Shown here: positions 45,401-54,970 of the stretch, piece after piece
Numbering within the stretch: the first letter of the stretch is position 1
How the letters are laid out: every line of letters begins with the position of its first letter
IMG/VR virus record: IMGVR_UViG_3300032285_001005
Location: 1-59,617 of that record
Length of the DNA stretch: 59,617 nucleotides
Source of the DNA: a virus
Lineage: Duplodnaviria > Caudoviricetes
Direction: 5' to 3' (one strand)
The notes under the pieces: model-generated
What the model was told of the DNA's origin: nothing
Database searches by the model: none
The model's input: only the letters and a program-made list of their open reading frames with translations
Program-made: the position numbers and the translations under genes

Positions 45401-48061
45401 ATGGAACGCTTCATGCGATGCGGTGCTTTTAGATGCGTATTGGAACCGAGGATCGAGCGATAACTGAACAAGACCACGCATTGCTTCGTCAGGCGCAATC
45501 CGTTTACCACCCACTTCAATAGGTGTACCTGCCCCATTAAAACCGACACGGTTTAGAAATTCAAAGAGATGCGGATCAGCATTAGTCTTGCCCAAGAGCC
45601 GCGCTGAGATGTCGGCCATCTTGAAGGCGTTGACCATTTGGTCTGGGTTAAAGTTTCCGCTGTCGAGTGCTTCACGTACTGCATTTCCAATTTTACCACC
45701 TTGCTCACCCGTGCGAGAGATACGGCTCAGGCGGTCCTCAATCAGAGCGCGAGCTTTTGCAGACTCTTCCGCTGTTGGCTTAACAGGTTCAGGAGCCTTT
45801 GGCTCTGGAGGAATTGCAGGGTATTCACCACGCACTGGGCGCTCTTCCTTAGGAAGACGGAAACCAGCGGGAGGTGCTTCACCTTCTTCTGGCTTCAGAA
45901 CATTCTCTGGCGCAGGTACTTTTTTGACACGAGCAGCCTCTTCTTCAGGCGATGTAACCTTTGCAAGCTTCAAGCTATCCAGATATTCTTGGCTACGTGC
46001 GGAAGGAGTAGGTTCCAAGGGCCGAGGTCCGAGGGCCTCTTGCTCATACGCCGGGTGAATCGTGTCACCACCCCGTGTCACAGGCTTTTGGCCCTCGGCC
46101 AACTGCTCAAGCTGATCACGTGTTGCGCCGTACTTAGTACGAAGGTCTTCCATTGTAACGGGAGCCGTCACATTAGGAGCGCCTTCACGCTGACGAGATA
46201 TCTGGATTTTCTGAGCCAGATTTTCGTCGACCTTTGCCACTTCATCAAAGGTGATTGGATAGAATGGTTCTTTGACTTCACGTGCAGCAGCCGCGAGAGC
46301 TGCTGTCATCAAGGGTTTGCGTTGCTCTTCATAGTCACGGCTTTTGTTTTGGAAATCCGATTGTTGCTGAAGATCGTGTTCCCGACGCAGAGCTTCCATG
46401 AGGAGGTTTGCGTCACGCGCTGACCTGAGCGGCCCAGTAATGACACGATTATCTCCGCTCATAATGCGGAAACCTTGCGGCCCTTGCTGAACAGAAAGGT
46501 CATTCAGTGGGGCATTACTATCCAAGGCGGCATTGTAAGCTTCGTGTGCTTTGACTGTCAGAATTTCTGGAGCAGGCAAAGACCGAGGTCCTGTCCCTGC
46601 CACAGGTTCATTAGGAATGAACCCAGAAGGAAGTTCCTTATCTATCGTGTTCTGTAAGAGTTTGAGCTTAGAGTCACGTGGGATATCTGAATCTAGAATA
46701 TGACCAAGGACCGGGAAGTTATCGCGGTTGTCAGCAGCAAATTTAAGAAGGGTATTCCCAATCATGTCAGGAGATGGAAGCGCACGAGGCCCTTCTCCTG
46801 TCATAGGCCCGCTTGGCATGAATTCATATCTCTCACCAAGCTTGCGCTGCAAGAGATTGATCTTCACGTCGCGTGGAATATCCGCATCAAGGATAGTTCC
46901 CAAAACGGGAATCTTCTCACGATTGTCTGCGGCGAATTGAAGTAGACGCTTACCTGTCTGATCTTCAAGCAAGAGCATCGGACCTTGGACAGGCTCTTCG
47001 TTTGGTTTGGCGTTGTCACGATTATAGACATCGATTGCACTACGGAGAGCTTCGTCTTCATTAGCAAGGTCTTCATGAACTTGGTGCGCTTTGCTACCAA
47101 GTGCGCCTTCAGTCAAGCCACCAACAACAGCACCAGTGATTGCAGCCGGAACAGCAGCCTCTGCCACGCCTTGCATGGTAGGAACTTCTTCGCCTTCACG
47201 CTGACGTGCAATGTTTCCGGCAACCTGAGTTTGAGCAGCCTGTGCGCCAGTCGTGACAGCACCCTTCGCCCCGCCTTCAGCAGTACGAGCAAGAAGACCT
47301 GCACCTTCTTCTTCTCCCGTCTTCAGAATACGAGACGTAATACGTTTTGCCAGCATTCCGGCAGGGCCAACTGCCATGGCACCGCCACCAACAAGTCCAC
47401 CAAGAATGACTTGGTCTAAGTTCTTTCCGGTGTAGGACTGTGCCTCTTGTGCAGTCTTTTCAGCAACGTCTTCTGGAACCTTTGCATCCAGAAGCGACCG
47501 CTTAACGTCGCCGTAAATCTTTTCTTTTGTGGCACCGAGACCTGTGGCAGCACCGAGTCCAAGTTCTACGCCTGTTCCGGCAAGGGCTGCTTCACCAGCA
47601 GATAGTAAACCAATGCCACCAGCAGTTTCAGGCCCGGCAAGAGCAGCACCGACGCTTCCAAGAACAAAAGGGACGGCTTGACCAAAAGCATTGGCAAGAG
47701 TTTTTGCAGGAGCAACGGACATAGCTTCAAGGCCCGCCTTGAAGTTTTCCCAATAACCTTTGTCCTTGGCTTCTGCCATAATTTCTTCTTGGCGCTTCTC
47801 ATCCTTACGAGCGCCAGCAGAAAGGTATTCGGCAAGTTGGGTATCCACTGATTGGATTTTCTTTGATACAGGATTATCCGCACCAAAAGCACTTGCAATG
47901 GTTTGAACACCAGATAAGAAACCGCGAGCGCCGGAGATACCAACGTCTTCTACACGTTGTGCCGTCGTAGTTGGTTTTTCAGGAAATACTGGAGCAGCAG
48001 AAGATAAATCAAACTTAGGTGTATTAGGAACTGGCTCCGCCGTAGCTAAGTCGAAAGCCAT
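42458..48061 (-). CDS. Large internal virion / DNA-ejection protein with zincin motif
   Basis: 1867 aa, last gene of the ejection cluster; SHEAFH...ERE. Confidence 0.7.
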   Translation of the reverse strand: MAFDLATAEPVPNTPKFDLSSAAPVFPEKPTTTAQRVEDVGISGARGFLSGVQTIASAFGADNPVSKKIQSVDTQLAEYLSAGARKDEKRQEEIMAEAKDKGYWENFKAGLEAMSVAPAKTLANAFGQAVPFVLGSVGAALAGPETAGGIGLLSAGEAALAGTGVELGLGAATGLGATKEKIYGDVKRSLLDAKVPEDVAEKTAQEAQSYTGKNLDQVILGGLVGGGAMAVGPAGMLAKRITSRILKTGEEEGAGLLARTAEGGAKGAVTTGAQAAQTQVAGNIARQREGEEVPTMQGVAEAAVPAAITGAVVGGLTEGALGSKAHQVHEDLANEDEALRSAIDVYNRDNAKPNEEPVQGPMLLLEDQTGKRLLQFAADNREKIPVLGTILDADIPRDVKINLLQRKLGERYEFMPSGPMTGEGPRALPSPDMIGNTLLKFAADNRDNFPVLGHILDSDIPRDSKLKLLQNTIDKELPSGFIPNEPVAGTGPRSLPAPEILTVKAHEAYNAALDSNAPLNDLSVQQGPQGFRIMSGDNRVITGPLRSARDANLLMEALRREHDLQQQSDFQNKSRDYEEQRKPLMTAALAAAAREVKEPFYPITFDEVAKVDENLAQKIQISRQREGAPNVTAPVTMEDLRTKYGATRDQLEQLAEGQKPVTRGGDTIHPAYEQEALGPRPLEPTPSARSQEYLDSLKLAKVTSPEEEAARVKKVPAPENVLKPEEGEAPPAGFRLPKEERPVRGEYPAIPPEPKAPEPVKPTAEESAKARALIEDRLSRISRTGEQGGKIGNAVREALDSGNFNPDQMVNAFKMADISARLLGKTNADPHLFEFLNRVGFNGAGTPIEVGGKRIAPDEAMRGLVQLSLDPRFQYASKSTASHEAFHVLQDLFALHDKKASSIINRAFKGATSLDEIDPNLLRKLKQMKDPDTGLSIYDSLQKNYPENYLDKYSQPVKERELQAAVFGYLDHAIQNGQSASGIGSAFTRLLNYVRDFKERVGNMFRGQGFQNVEDVFRATSAGERQAGLGAGERTPKTLPGEVAEYTKANAEASKQIAASGQGTATKAASDTFARGFGALKEFFDPLSRVSDIKSYLMLRNLMHGEVTMSHELAEGLNKRLAKASMEDSKSAFEFLTTANADPAKIKDADVRAAAIEAKEKIKDLGRKLVDAGLLPEASFQNYVDRYLPRLYLYNELTNRNLKTPMAGKSRMEFLMARDEDLSREERDILGEIRDPAYLTYVALSRPARDLAMIDFLNKLSAFGPEKGQAPWVAANQFVDWRGRKVSPYTLKNMAQEIREHIAPEAGLRDKVQAKTMVDESYNMDRIADQAIADFKQAKIDLTNYSKMPEDKRYGPLAGAWVQKGIYNDLVGTFIPVGKENRPFIERVFGDEHSAINKIGSQWKLFKTTLNIPTQATNVISNVFALHTFGGVPLHKIPGFIMKSLEEMSSNSKNWQEAKKFGITGGTMSSAELRGALDRLKQFNRKHSSETTPFSAFTMARILYGELTGKAGDLYQKSEVIFKFAKYLHGVQDEKLAPSEAVNSANEALFDYSLVNQNIRYLRNTPLGLPFVTYYYKALPMFIKTAVEHPLRFAPYVALAYALPAGTMAALNLSQEELDAMRKSLPEYIRNNGSLHFLPYRDKDGNIAYADIAGYFPWSSFTDPFIAMYRSGKVSELGKGVAKLVTPSGPMVAAITALSTGTDPLTNKPIMDPRDTPTNQAIDMFNYIANQAIPPMLNVDFRNPSQGGGALTKIYNSLFDLGTGKQKKGTPTPDMAESIASLFGLRMMPLQADLQRGLNLTYMQNEINRIKSFQSIVGKDQSLSPEQRATKIKDLNDTILQKSKELQQYAADTLPAIGAAQKLRATK

Positions 48062-50151
48062 TACTGAACTCCTTCATACTGCTTCCCATCTGGACTGACA
48101 TAAGCATAATTACCTTTTGCATCTTTATGCAATGCCCATCCTTTACTATTAGTTGGAGGAGGAACAGCAGATGTCGTTTTCTCAGGTGCTTCCTCGGACC
48201 CTACGTTCAACCCTGCTTGTTTTTGAGCAATTTTAAGCAAGCGGTTTTCTTCCGCAATCTGAGCCATCAAATCTGCTTTTTCTGCAAGTAACCCCGGATC
48301 ATCTTTTTTAACCGGATCAGACAAATCACGGTTAACTGCACGTAACTGACTACCTAGTTGTGTCACAGTAGTTTGATGACGGGTAGCTGCGGCAGTTAAA
48401 TTAGTCTGCGTCCGAATGTCGAGACGAGCCTTACGATCTTCTTCTGCCTTGTCCTTCAAGTATTCAAACTCAGGTCCGCGTTTGAATTCGTCAGCAAGGT
48501 TACGTGCTTCAAGTTCCTTCTGCGAAATACCAAGACGCGCCGCCTCATTAGAAAGCGTAGCATTACGATACGCCTGTTCATTCTTCATTTGCTGGATAGC
48601 ACGAAGATCTGCGGTGCGTTCGCGCTCAAGAACACGTGAGTCATGCTCGCCCTTAGTAAACGCCTGAATTCCAGAAATGCCGCCTTCACCGATATTGGTA
48701 AGAGCATTTGAACTCTTGCCACCAGCAATAGCCAAGCCTGCCTGTATAAGAGCCATATTGAAGTTATCTTGGCGTTCTTGATTACGACGGGCTTTGATAT
48801 CTTCCATCGTTAAGCCACCAGAGATATCCGCAGTGTCTTTATTTGTTGCTGCACCAGCACCAGCACCAGCACCAGCACCAGCACCAGCACCAGCACCAGC
48901 ACCAGCACCCGCCCCTGTGCCTGTGGCAACACCCGCACCCGGAACGCCACCAACGGTTGCTGGCTTAGGTTTCATCGCATCCAAAGAAGCTTGCGGTGTT
49001 CCCGTGGCAGAGGTAATCGGTTGAGCCGCCTCAACGGCATCCAAAGAAGCTTGCGGTGTTCCCGTGGCAGAGGTGATTGGTTGAGCCGCCGCAGCATCAA
49101 GAGAACCTTGTGGAGTACCTGTTGCTTGCGGAAGATTTCCGATTCCGCCAGATGGAACCTTGCTCATGTAATCGCCACTGCCACCAGTGACATTGGCTGT
49201 CTGACCAGTGCGTTCATTCTCTGCACGAGCAAGGGCAGAGGACCGAGCTTCTTGAGCCGCTGCAACTTCTTCTTCCGTCGAAGGCGTAAATGCCCCCGGA
49301 ACTGGAGTAGCTGCTTCGATGCCTTGTTTCTTCGCCTGTGTGTCAAGGATTTCAGGAACCTTGTCCATCGATCCAGTCTTCTGGCCCTGAATAGCCATTT
49401 CCCTTTCATTGCGGAGAGACTTAGCTATGTCCTCGGCACTTGATTGAGATGGAAGACCAACAATACCCTGAAGAGCGCGACCTGCACGAGTACCCGCCTT
49501 TGATGCGCCGCCTTCGTTCTGACGAGCAACACGCATAGCAACGTCATTGATCTCGGCATCCGACCACTTGGAAGGATCTGGATCAAGCATTTCGTAAAGG
49601 CTTGGAGTTGGTTCTTTTTCAGGTGTGTTATTAACGTCTGAGCTTAATGTAGCAATACCAGCTTCACCCTCTTTACCCGCACGTAAACCAACATCGGGAA
49701 GAGTGTATTTCGCATCAGATCCAACGGCCATTGTTTTAGGGCCATCGGGATACATCCAGTTACTAAATCTTTTAAATATAGAAGGGGACTCAACCGTAGG
49801 CTGCATCCTTCCATCACCAACTTCACCGCCACGTGCCATCCCAACAGGGCGCAAGCCAGCCGCCTGCATCTGTGCCATTTGCTGTGCCACAGGAGGTTGT
49901 TGTGGTTGTGGGGGAAGATTGACAGCGGTCGGACGGAACACCATCGGGCGTTCACGATCTGATAAGGTTTGATAATTGGAAGGATCTTGTTCATGCTTGG
50001 CCTGTGCCAGCATCTCCATCGCCTTTTGACGACGAGCTTCTAGATCGCTCGTATCTTCGTTGTCTTCTGCCAACGCAACAATGCCTTTGCCCTTGGAAGC
50101 TTTTTCCTTAGGTTGAAACATGGAACGCTCAAGAACGGGATCATAAGCCAT
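48061..50151 (-). CDS. Internal virion / ejection protein
   Basis: MAYDPVLERSMF start, MARGG, GA repeat. Confidence 0.65.
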   Translation of the reverse strand: MAYDPVLERSMFQPKEKASKGKGIVALAEDNEDTSDLEARRQKAMEMLAQAKHEQDPSNYQTLSDRERPMVFRPTAVNLPPQPQQPPVAQQMAQMQAAGLRPVGMARGGEVGDGRMQPTVESPSIFKRFSNWMYPDGPKTMAVGSDAKYTLPDVGLRAGKEGEAGIATLSSDVNNTPEKEPTPSLYEMLDPDPSKWSDAEINDVAMRVARQNEGGASKAGTRAGRALQGIVGLPSQSSAEDIAKSLRNEREMAIQGQKTGSMDKVPEILDTQAKKQGIEAATPVPGAFTPSTEEEVAAAQEARSSALARAENERTGQTANVTGGSGDYMSKVPSGGIGNLPQATGTPQGSLDAAAAQPITSATGTPQASLDAVEAAQPITSATGTPQASLDAMKPKPATVGGVPGAGVATGTGAGAGAGAGAGAGAGAGAGAGAATNKDTADISGGLTMEDIKARRNQERQDNFNMALIQAGLAIAGGKSSNALTNIGEGGISGIQAFTKGEHDSRVLERERTADLRAIQQMKNEQAYRNATLSNEAARLGISQKELEARNLADEFKRGPEFEYLKDKAEEDRKARLDIRTQTNLTAAATRHQTTVTQLGSQLRAVNRDLSDPVKKDDPGLLAEKADLMAQIAEENRLLKIAQKQAGLNVGSEEAPEKTTSAVPPPTNSKGWALHKDAKGNYAYVSPDGKQYEGVQ
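48851..48909. repeat. (GCACCA)n microsatellite encoding (GA)n
   Basis: 9 perfect hexamers plus a partial. Confidence 0.95.
48977..49125. repeat. 60-bp tandem repeat (AAQPITSATGTPQASLDA)
   Basis: Two near-identical copies and a degenerate third. Confidence 0.9.
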
Positions 50152-50157
50152 TATTAA

Positions 50158-51069
50158 TTATCCAAAGCTTTTGCCAGCCGATGTTCCGGCATTATACATT
50201 CCAAGACCCGCAATACCAAGACCCGCAATCTGCGAGAAAGGACTTGCAGACGGAGCAGTTGTCTGTGTCATGCCCATTTGACCTGATGGCGTCTTATTCA
50301 AGATATCTGCATAGTACGACAGGCGCTGATATGGTTCAGCGTTATACATAGCTTGGTTAAGGCGTTGAGCGTCAAGTTCCTTCTGGTTCTGCGCTTGAAG
50401 GTTTGCACCCATGTTATATTGGAACGAGGTATCGCCCTGCTGAAGAGCCTGATTCGTCTGACCAAGGCCAGCAATGCCCTGACCAAGTGAGCCAAGTGCC
50501 GAACCCGCCGCAAGCTGGCGCTGTTGCTGATTCTGGAAGGCATTCATCGCAGCCTGCTGCGCTTGGCTGTAGTTTTGAGAGTAATCTTGCAAGATCTGAC
50601 GACCTTGGACATCTGCAAGGTTACGACCCAATTCAGCTTGTTGCACACCAAAACGCGACCCACCAAATGCACCAGCTTTTGCAGCCTGTGCCGAAACACC
50701 CTGCTGCTGAATAGCCGCCTGACGGTTCATTTCAGCAAGAGCATTCTGTGTCACTTGCTGCTGGTATGGGTTCATATATTGCGTGACAGAGTTAGGATCA
50801 TAGGCTTGCGCCGATCCACCAATCATCTGCCCAGCACTTCCCATCGCTTCGCCAGCAGAAGCCATATAAGGTTTGTACGCGCCAATACCTTCCTTTGCCA
50901 TTTGAACAGCTTGCTGCTGTTCTGGAGCAAGACCCGCAACATTGTAGGTTGCCATGGTTTCAGGAGCTTTGGACGTTGCTCCTTTGACATCTGCAATCAA
51001 GCCCTGACGTAGGGCTTCCATCCAATCCGGTTCGCGGGTGACGTACTGTTGGGTAGTCGTATCAGCCAT
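50158..51069 (-). CDS. DNA transfer / ejection protein
   Basis: Q/A-rich; YMNPY and AGAFGGSR motifs. Confidence 0.7.
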   Translation of the reverse strand: MADTTTQQYVTREPDWMEALRQGLIADVKGATSKAPETMATYNVAGLAPEQQQAVQMAKEGIGAYKPYMASAGEAMGSAGQMIGGSAQAYDPNSVTQYMNPYQQQVTQNALAEMNRQAAIQQQGVSAQAAKAGAFGGSRFGVQQAELGRNLADVQGRQILQDYSQNYSQAQQAAMNAFQNQQQRQLAAGSALGSLGQGIAGLGQTNQALQQGDTSFQYNMGANLQAQNQKELDAQRLNQAMYNAEPYQRLSYYADILNKTPSGQMGMTQTTAPSASPFSQIAGLGIAGLGMYNAGTSAGKSFG

Positions 51070-51071
51070 TG

Positions 51072-52433
51072 TCAGGCCCTCTTCTCAAATTGGTGCATTA
51101 ACGCATACATCTTCTTCGCGCCTGCGGAACGATCTCCACCGCCTGCACCACGAACAGCCTTTGCTGTCATCACGAATTCGCCGTCACTTAACTTGGCTGG
51201 AATGCTGTCGCTTGTTCCTGTTCCCGGACCTTCAAGATGGCCCCCGATCCGTGCATCGATCTGGCCTCCCTTTGCTGCATAGGCTGTGGAATATGTAGGA
51301 ACTACATTAATCCTTGGAGCAGTACGTTGTGTGAAGGAACCAGCAGGGAAACGTGCCGCTGCAATCTGTTCAGGAGTTGCACCCTGAGATGACATCATTG
51401 GCGGGGGAGACTCATTGCCGGAGTTCATGGCATACCCAAGAGCGCCAGCCCCTAAACCTGCAATACCAATAGCCGGATATGGATTTGCTTTAATCCAATT
51501 ACCAACTTTATCGAACATTCCGGGGGAGCTTGCAGGAGGAACCGCAGCCGAAGTAGACGCGGGAATACCGGAATAACCCCCAGCCTCTACCGTGGCAGTC
51601 GGAGCTACCGCAGGAGCCTTGTATCCCATCTGCTCGCCAAGAATTCCGGGGCCAGCTTCAAAACCTTTTGACACGCCACCCATAAAGCCGCCTTCGCCAC
51701 CCATATTCTGAAGGCCGCTAAACACAGCACCACCAACGCCACCGAGAACCGCAGCACCAAGGGCATCCTTAGGGCTTGCTCCATTAATCATGGCACCAAC
51801 ACCAGAACCAATAGCGCCAGCAAATATTGGAGGAACGCCCATCATACCAAGGGCCACAGGCAATACGATTGGAGCAGCCTGCTTAAAGAAGTTACCAATG
51901 TCATCAAAGAACCCGTACTCAGGAAGACCTGTGCTTGGGTTCATGCCACCGCCACGGGTAGCTTGAAGCATTGCAGCTTCACGGGGATTGATATGGGCAA
52001 GAACCTTGTCACCACCCGTTCCAGCTTTTGCAACGTCTGAAGCTTTCTTGCGAAGTTGAGCAATGCCACCACGGGCAAAACCCTGCTTTTCGCCACCAGC
52101 CATTGCTTGGCGGACCATTGTGTCAAGGATTTCAAAGAACGAAGGAATATATTGCGGAGGCAAATCACCCGGCTGAACAATACCTTTCGTCACAAGAACC
52201 TGTACGGCCTTGGCGTATTGACCAGCATTCTTTTTCAAGAATTGAATAACCTGCTCAAGCACTTGGAGTTTGTCGGGAGACAACTGCTTTAAGTTGTCAG
52301 AAAGTTCACGAAGATGTCCGAGTTCTTCTTGTGACAGATTAGAAAACCCCTGTCCAAGCGCAGCTTGAGCGTCAGGAGGCATCTGTCCTTGTTGTGGTTG
52401 TTGGGCGTCTAAAGACGCAATTCCCTGCACCAT
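51072..52433 (-). CDS. Internal virion protein
   Basis: GDKVLAHINP...NPSTGLPEY; GPGTGTSDSIPAKLSDGEFV. Confidence 0.7.
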   Translation of the reverse strand: MVQGIASLDAQQPQQGQMPPDAQAALGQGFSNLSQEELGHLRELSDNLKQLSPDKLQVLEQVIQFLKKNAGQYAKAVQVLVTKGIVQPGDLPPQYIPSFFEILDTMVRQAMAGGEKQGFARGGIAQLRKKASDVAKAGTGGDKVLAHINPREAAMLQATRGGGMNPSTGLPEYGFFDDIGNFFKQAAPIVLPVALGMMGVPPIFAGAIGSGVGAMINGASPKDALGAAVLGGVGGAVFSGLQNMGGEGGFMGGVSKGFEAGPGILGEQMGYKAPAVAPTATVEAGGYSGIPASTSAAVPPASSPGMFDKVGNWIKANPYPAIGIAGLGAGALGYAMNSGNESPPPMMSSQGATPEQIAAARFPAGSFTQRTAPRINVVPTYSTAYAAKGGQIDARIGGHLEGPGTGTSDSIPAKLSDGEFVMTAKAVRGAGGGDRSAGAKKMYALMHQFEKRA

Positions 52434-52494
52434 GGCTTATCCTTGATGAAATTAAGCTGTGGCAGGGGCCGAACCTGAAACGCTAGACCCTGCC

Positions 52495-52523
52495 ACAATA
52501 CCTTTTTACCCCCTGAAACACAA
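52495..52523 (-). promoter_or_regulatory. Candidate late promoter TTGTGT-N17-TATTGT with overlapping inverted repeat 52458-52497
   Basis: Matches the 7769..7797 architecture. Confidence 0.45.
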
Positions 52524-52526
52524 GTC

Positions 52527-52823
52527 TCAGACTACCGTTACTGTAACACTTCCAACCCGTCCCGTTGCCTTAACTCCGGCAACATACGGGCTATACAGAA
52601 GTGGAATACGAAGAACCCCGTTTACCACAAAGATCGACCCCGGCTCTAAGCCTGAATCATTGCTTGGAAGATTGGTCAAAACCAGTGTGGTTTGACGACC
52701 CTCACCCGGATTGCGAAGGGCATTCATCAACACGTTCAACATGTTGACCATGTTGTCGAAATAACCCCTGTCGTATTCCCCCGTCGCCTTTTGGAACTGG
52801 GGAAATATAAGACGCCGATCCAT
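52527..52823 (-). CDS. Virion protein (tail needle-like position)
   Basis: LTNLPSNDSGLEPGSIF; follows the nozzle gene. Confidence 0.65.
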   Translation of the reverse strand: MDRRLIFPQFQKATGEYDRGYFDNMVNMLNVLMNALRNPGEGRQTTLVLTNLPSNDSGLEPGSIFVVNGVLRIPLLYSPYVAGVKATGRVGSVTVTVV

Positions 52824-54703
52824 TACCGCCGCCCGTCTGGTTGGATCTCAATTCTTGGAGAACCCAAAATCCAACTCGTCCCAATCTGGTTAGCACCAAC
52901 CCTAAAGGTCGCCTGTCTTCCACGAAGGCGTAGGAACATCTGTTCAGTAAACTGCTCAACAGGAACTGTAGCACTCTGTGTCACAGTTTTGGCATTTGTC
53001 TGGGAGTAGTTGTCACCGGGGAAGTTCTGCATCTTCAAGGTCATGGTTGCCTGCGGAGCTTCGCTTGTTGACCCGTTGAACGTAATATCCGGTATGATAC
53101 GCCGGATAAACGAGAACTTATCTCCGTCCCCGATGTCGAAAGGCGAACTTTCAATATAGGAATTGATTGCCACAGGGGTTCCCGTGCTGCCATCATCCAC
53201 ACCGATCTCGTGATAGTAGAGATAGTTGTCCGTTCCAGCAGCCAAAGGATACTGAAGAACACCACGGTCAAGCCATGCAGTACGTGCAAGGGTTCCGTAA
53301 GTCCATGCTTTTTCAGCATAATTATACGTGACGTATCTGTCGTTTTCCAACGAAGCTTCTGACGGATAAAACCACGTTATCTCATTAAATTCCGAGTTAA
53401 CCGAAGCATAAACCTTATCCAATTGATCTTGGTTTATGTTCTTAAATACGTAGTTTTTAACGGGGCAGAGAAGCTCATCCGAAGCACCCGTATAGATGTA
53501 GAATTTATTCTGCCCCATCCAGAACACAATATCTTCCACCACAGCAAAAGCATTAAACCCGCTGGTTGTCGTATTGGTCGAAACCTGCTGAATACCAAAT
53601 GTGTATGGAGGACCGATATACTGCATCGAGTACACAGCCGTATCCGTAAAGACCAAGGTTTCGCGCTTGGTCTCGACAGCCCTTACAATATGAGAACCCG
53701 TTCCAAGGCGAAGATCCCCCGCAGAATTCGTGGCATCAGGAGTCCAAACTGTGTAATCTTCCTGATTGCACCAGCGAATAAGCATCGCATCCTGAGACGT
53801 AGCTCCACCGTTATTCGGGGCTAAGGCAATAAGATGCCTGTCACGATCTGACACAAAAATCTGCGTAGCCTGCGTTGGAGCAAGACTGTCAGAGGTCAGA
53901 GAAGAAAGAGCAACAGCCCTATTGTTCGACAGACCGGAACTAGATACCCAATAATAAATGCCACCATTCTGCACATTGAGGAAGATGTTTTCACCCCATG
54001 TGTCCTGTGACCACAGACGAAGAGTATTGGATGCAGTAAGACCTGCTCCAGATCCCCAGACACCCGAACTCCAAGGGTTAACACCCCAGCCTGCACCAGT
54101 AACCTGCGTATTTAAGCCGACATTGATTTGATACTCAGCCGTGACAGTGCCACCGTGACCTGTGTCACTGGCATTAGCATTCACAGAGGCAGTAATCTGA
54201 TAGTTGTTGTTATCGACAATCTTGGTTACTTGGTACTCTTTATTAAGAACCGCTGCCGTTAAGTTGCCGCCGAGACTTGTGGCACCAGAAAATGTTACGA
54301 AATCATTGACGACTGCGCCATGAGCTACGTCATACACGTTGATGATCGGAGAGCCATTGGTTGGGGTAAAAGGTCCGCCTGTTGGCTGACTTCCACTCCA
54401 AGCAGTAAGTGACACAGTTCTGCGAAGCGGTGTCACGTCATAGTACGAACCACCCGTTTCTACATAGAATTTAAGGTTGGTTCCAACGCCTACATAGAAG
54501 CGACCAGCCAGAGTACTCCAACCCATCAAAGAACGGCAGGTTCCAAGATATGTGTTGTTCGATAACCTCTGCCATCCGCCCACGGATTGAGGAAATCCCA
54601 AGCGGAAGCGGACGAGGTTGCCGTCGTACCAACCACCTTCAGTGGTGTAAGCCGTTAAATCTCGAACGATGCCGGGTTTGAATTGAATCTTCTGAAGGGG
54701 CAT
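52823..54703 (-). CDS. Tail nozzle / stabilisation protein (P22 gp10-like)
   Basis: MPLQKIQFKPG, IRWCNQED, YIGPPYTFG, NEITWFYPS, RLRGRQ. Confidence 0.75.
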   Translation of the reverse strand: MPLQKIQFKPGIVRDLTAYTTEGGWYDGNLVRFRLGFPQSVGGWQRLSNNTYLGTCRSLMGWSTLAGRFYVGVGTNLKFYVETGGSYYDVTPLRRTVSLTAWSGSQPTGGPFTPTNGSPIINVYDVAHGAVVNDFVTFSGATSLGGNLTAAVLNKEYQVTKIVDNNNYQITASVNANASDTGHGGTVTAEYQINVGLNTQVTGAGWGVNPWSSGVWGSGAGLTASNTLRLWSQDTWGENIFLNVQNGGIYYWVSSSGLSNNRAVALSSLTSDSLAPTQATQIFVSDRDRHLIALAPNNGGATSQDAMLIRWCNQEDYTVWTPDATNSAGDLRLGTGSHIVRAVETKRETLVFTDTAVYSMQYIGPPYTFGIQQVSTNTTTSGFNAFAVVEDIVFWMGQNKFYIYTGASDELLCPVKNYVFKNINQDQLDKVYASVNSEFNEITWFYPSEASLENDRYVTYNYAEKAWTYGTLARTAWLDRGVLQYPLAAGTDNYLYYHEIGVDDGSTGTPVAINSYIESSPFDIGDGDKFSFIRRIIPDITFNGSTSEAPQATMTLKMQNFPGDNYSQTNAKTVTQSATVPVEQFTEQMFLRLRGRQATFRVGANQIGTSWILGSPRIEIQPDGRR

Positions 54704-54724
54704 CAGGCGACCTCATTGTACTGC

Positions 54725-54970
54725 TTAGGCCGTTGGTTCCGGTGCAGGTGGATTAGGGTCAGTGAATTGACCTGTAGCAGGATCATAAGTCCAACCAATT
54801 TGAACTGGTGAATCATCAGGGATTCCAACAATCGTGCAGCCTTCTGGAGCCGGATCAACAGTAGGATCGGCAACAATCATGTTAATGACTGTTTCATTGC
54901 TGTTTTGAACAAGCGCACAGTTTTGAGGATTGCCATTAGGTTGAACCATTTGCATAGGACCGCCCATCAT
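54725..54970 (-). CDS. Tail fibre chaperone-like protein
   Basis: ALV...VINMIV...IGWTYD...FTDP. Confidence 0.6.
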   Translation of the reverse strand: MMGGPMQMVQPNGNPQNCALVQNSNETVINMIVADPTVDPAPEGCTIVGIPDDSPVQIGWTYDPATGQFTDPNPPAPEPTA

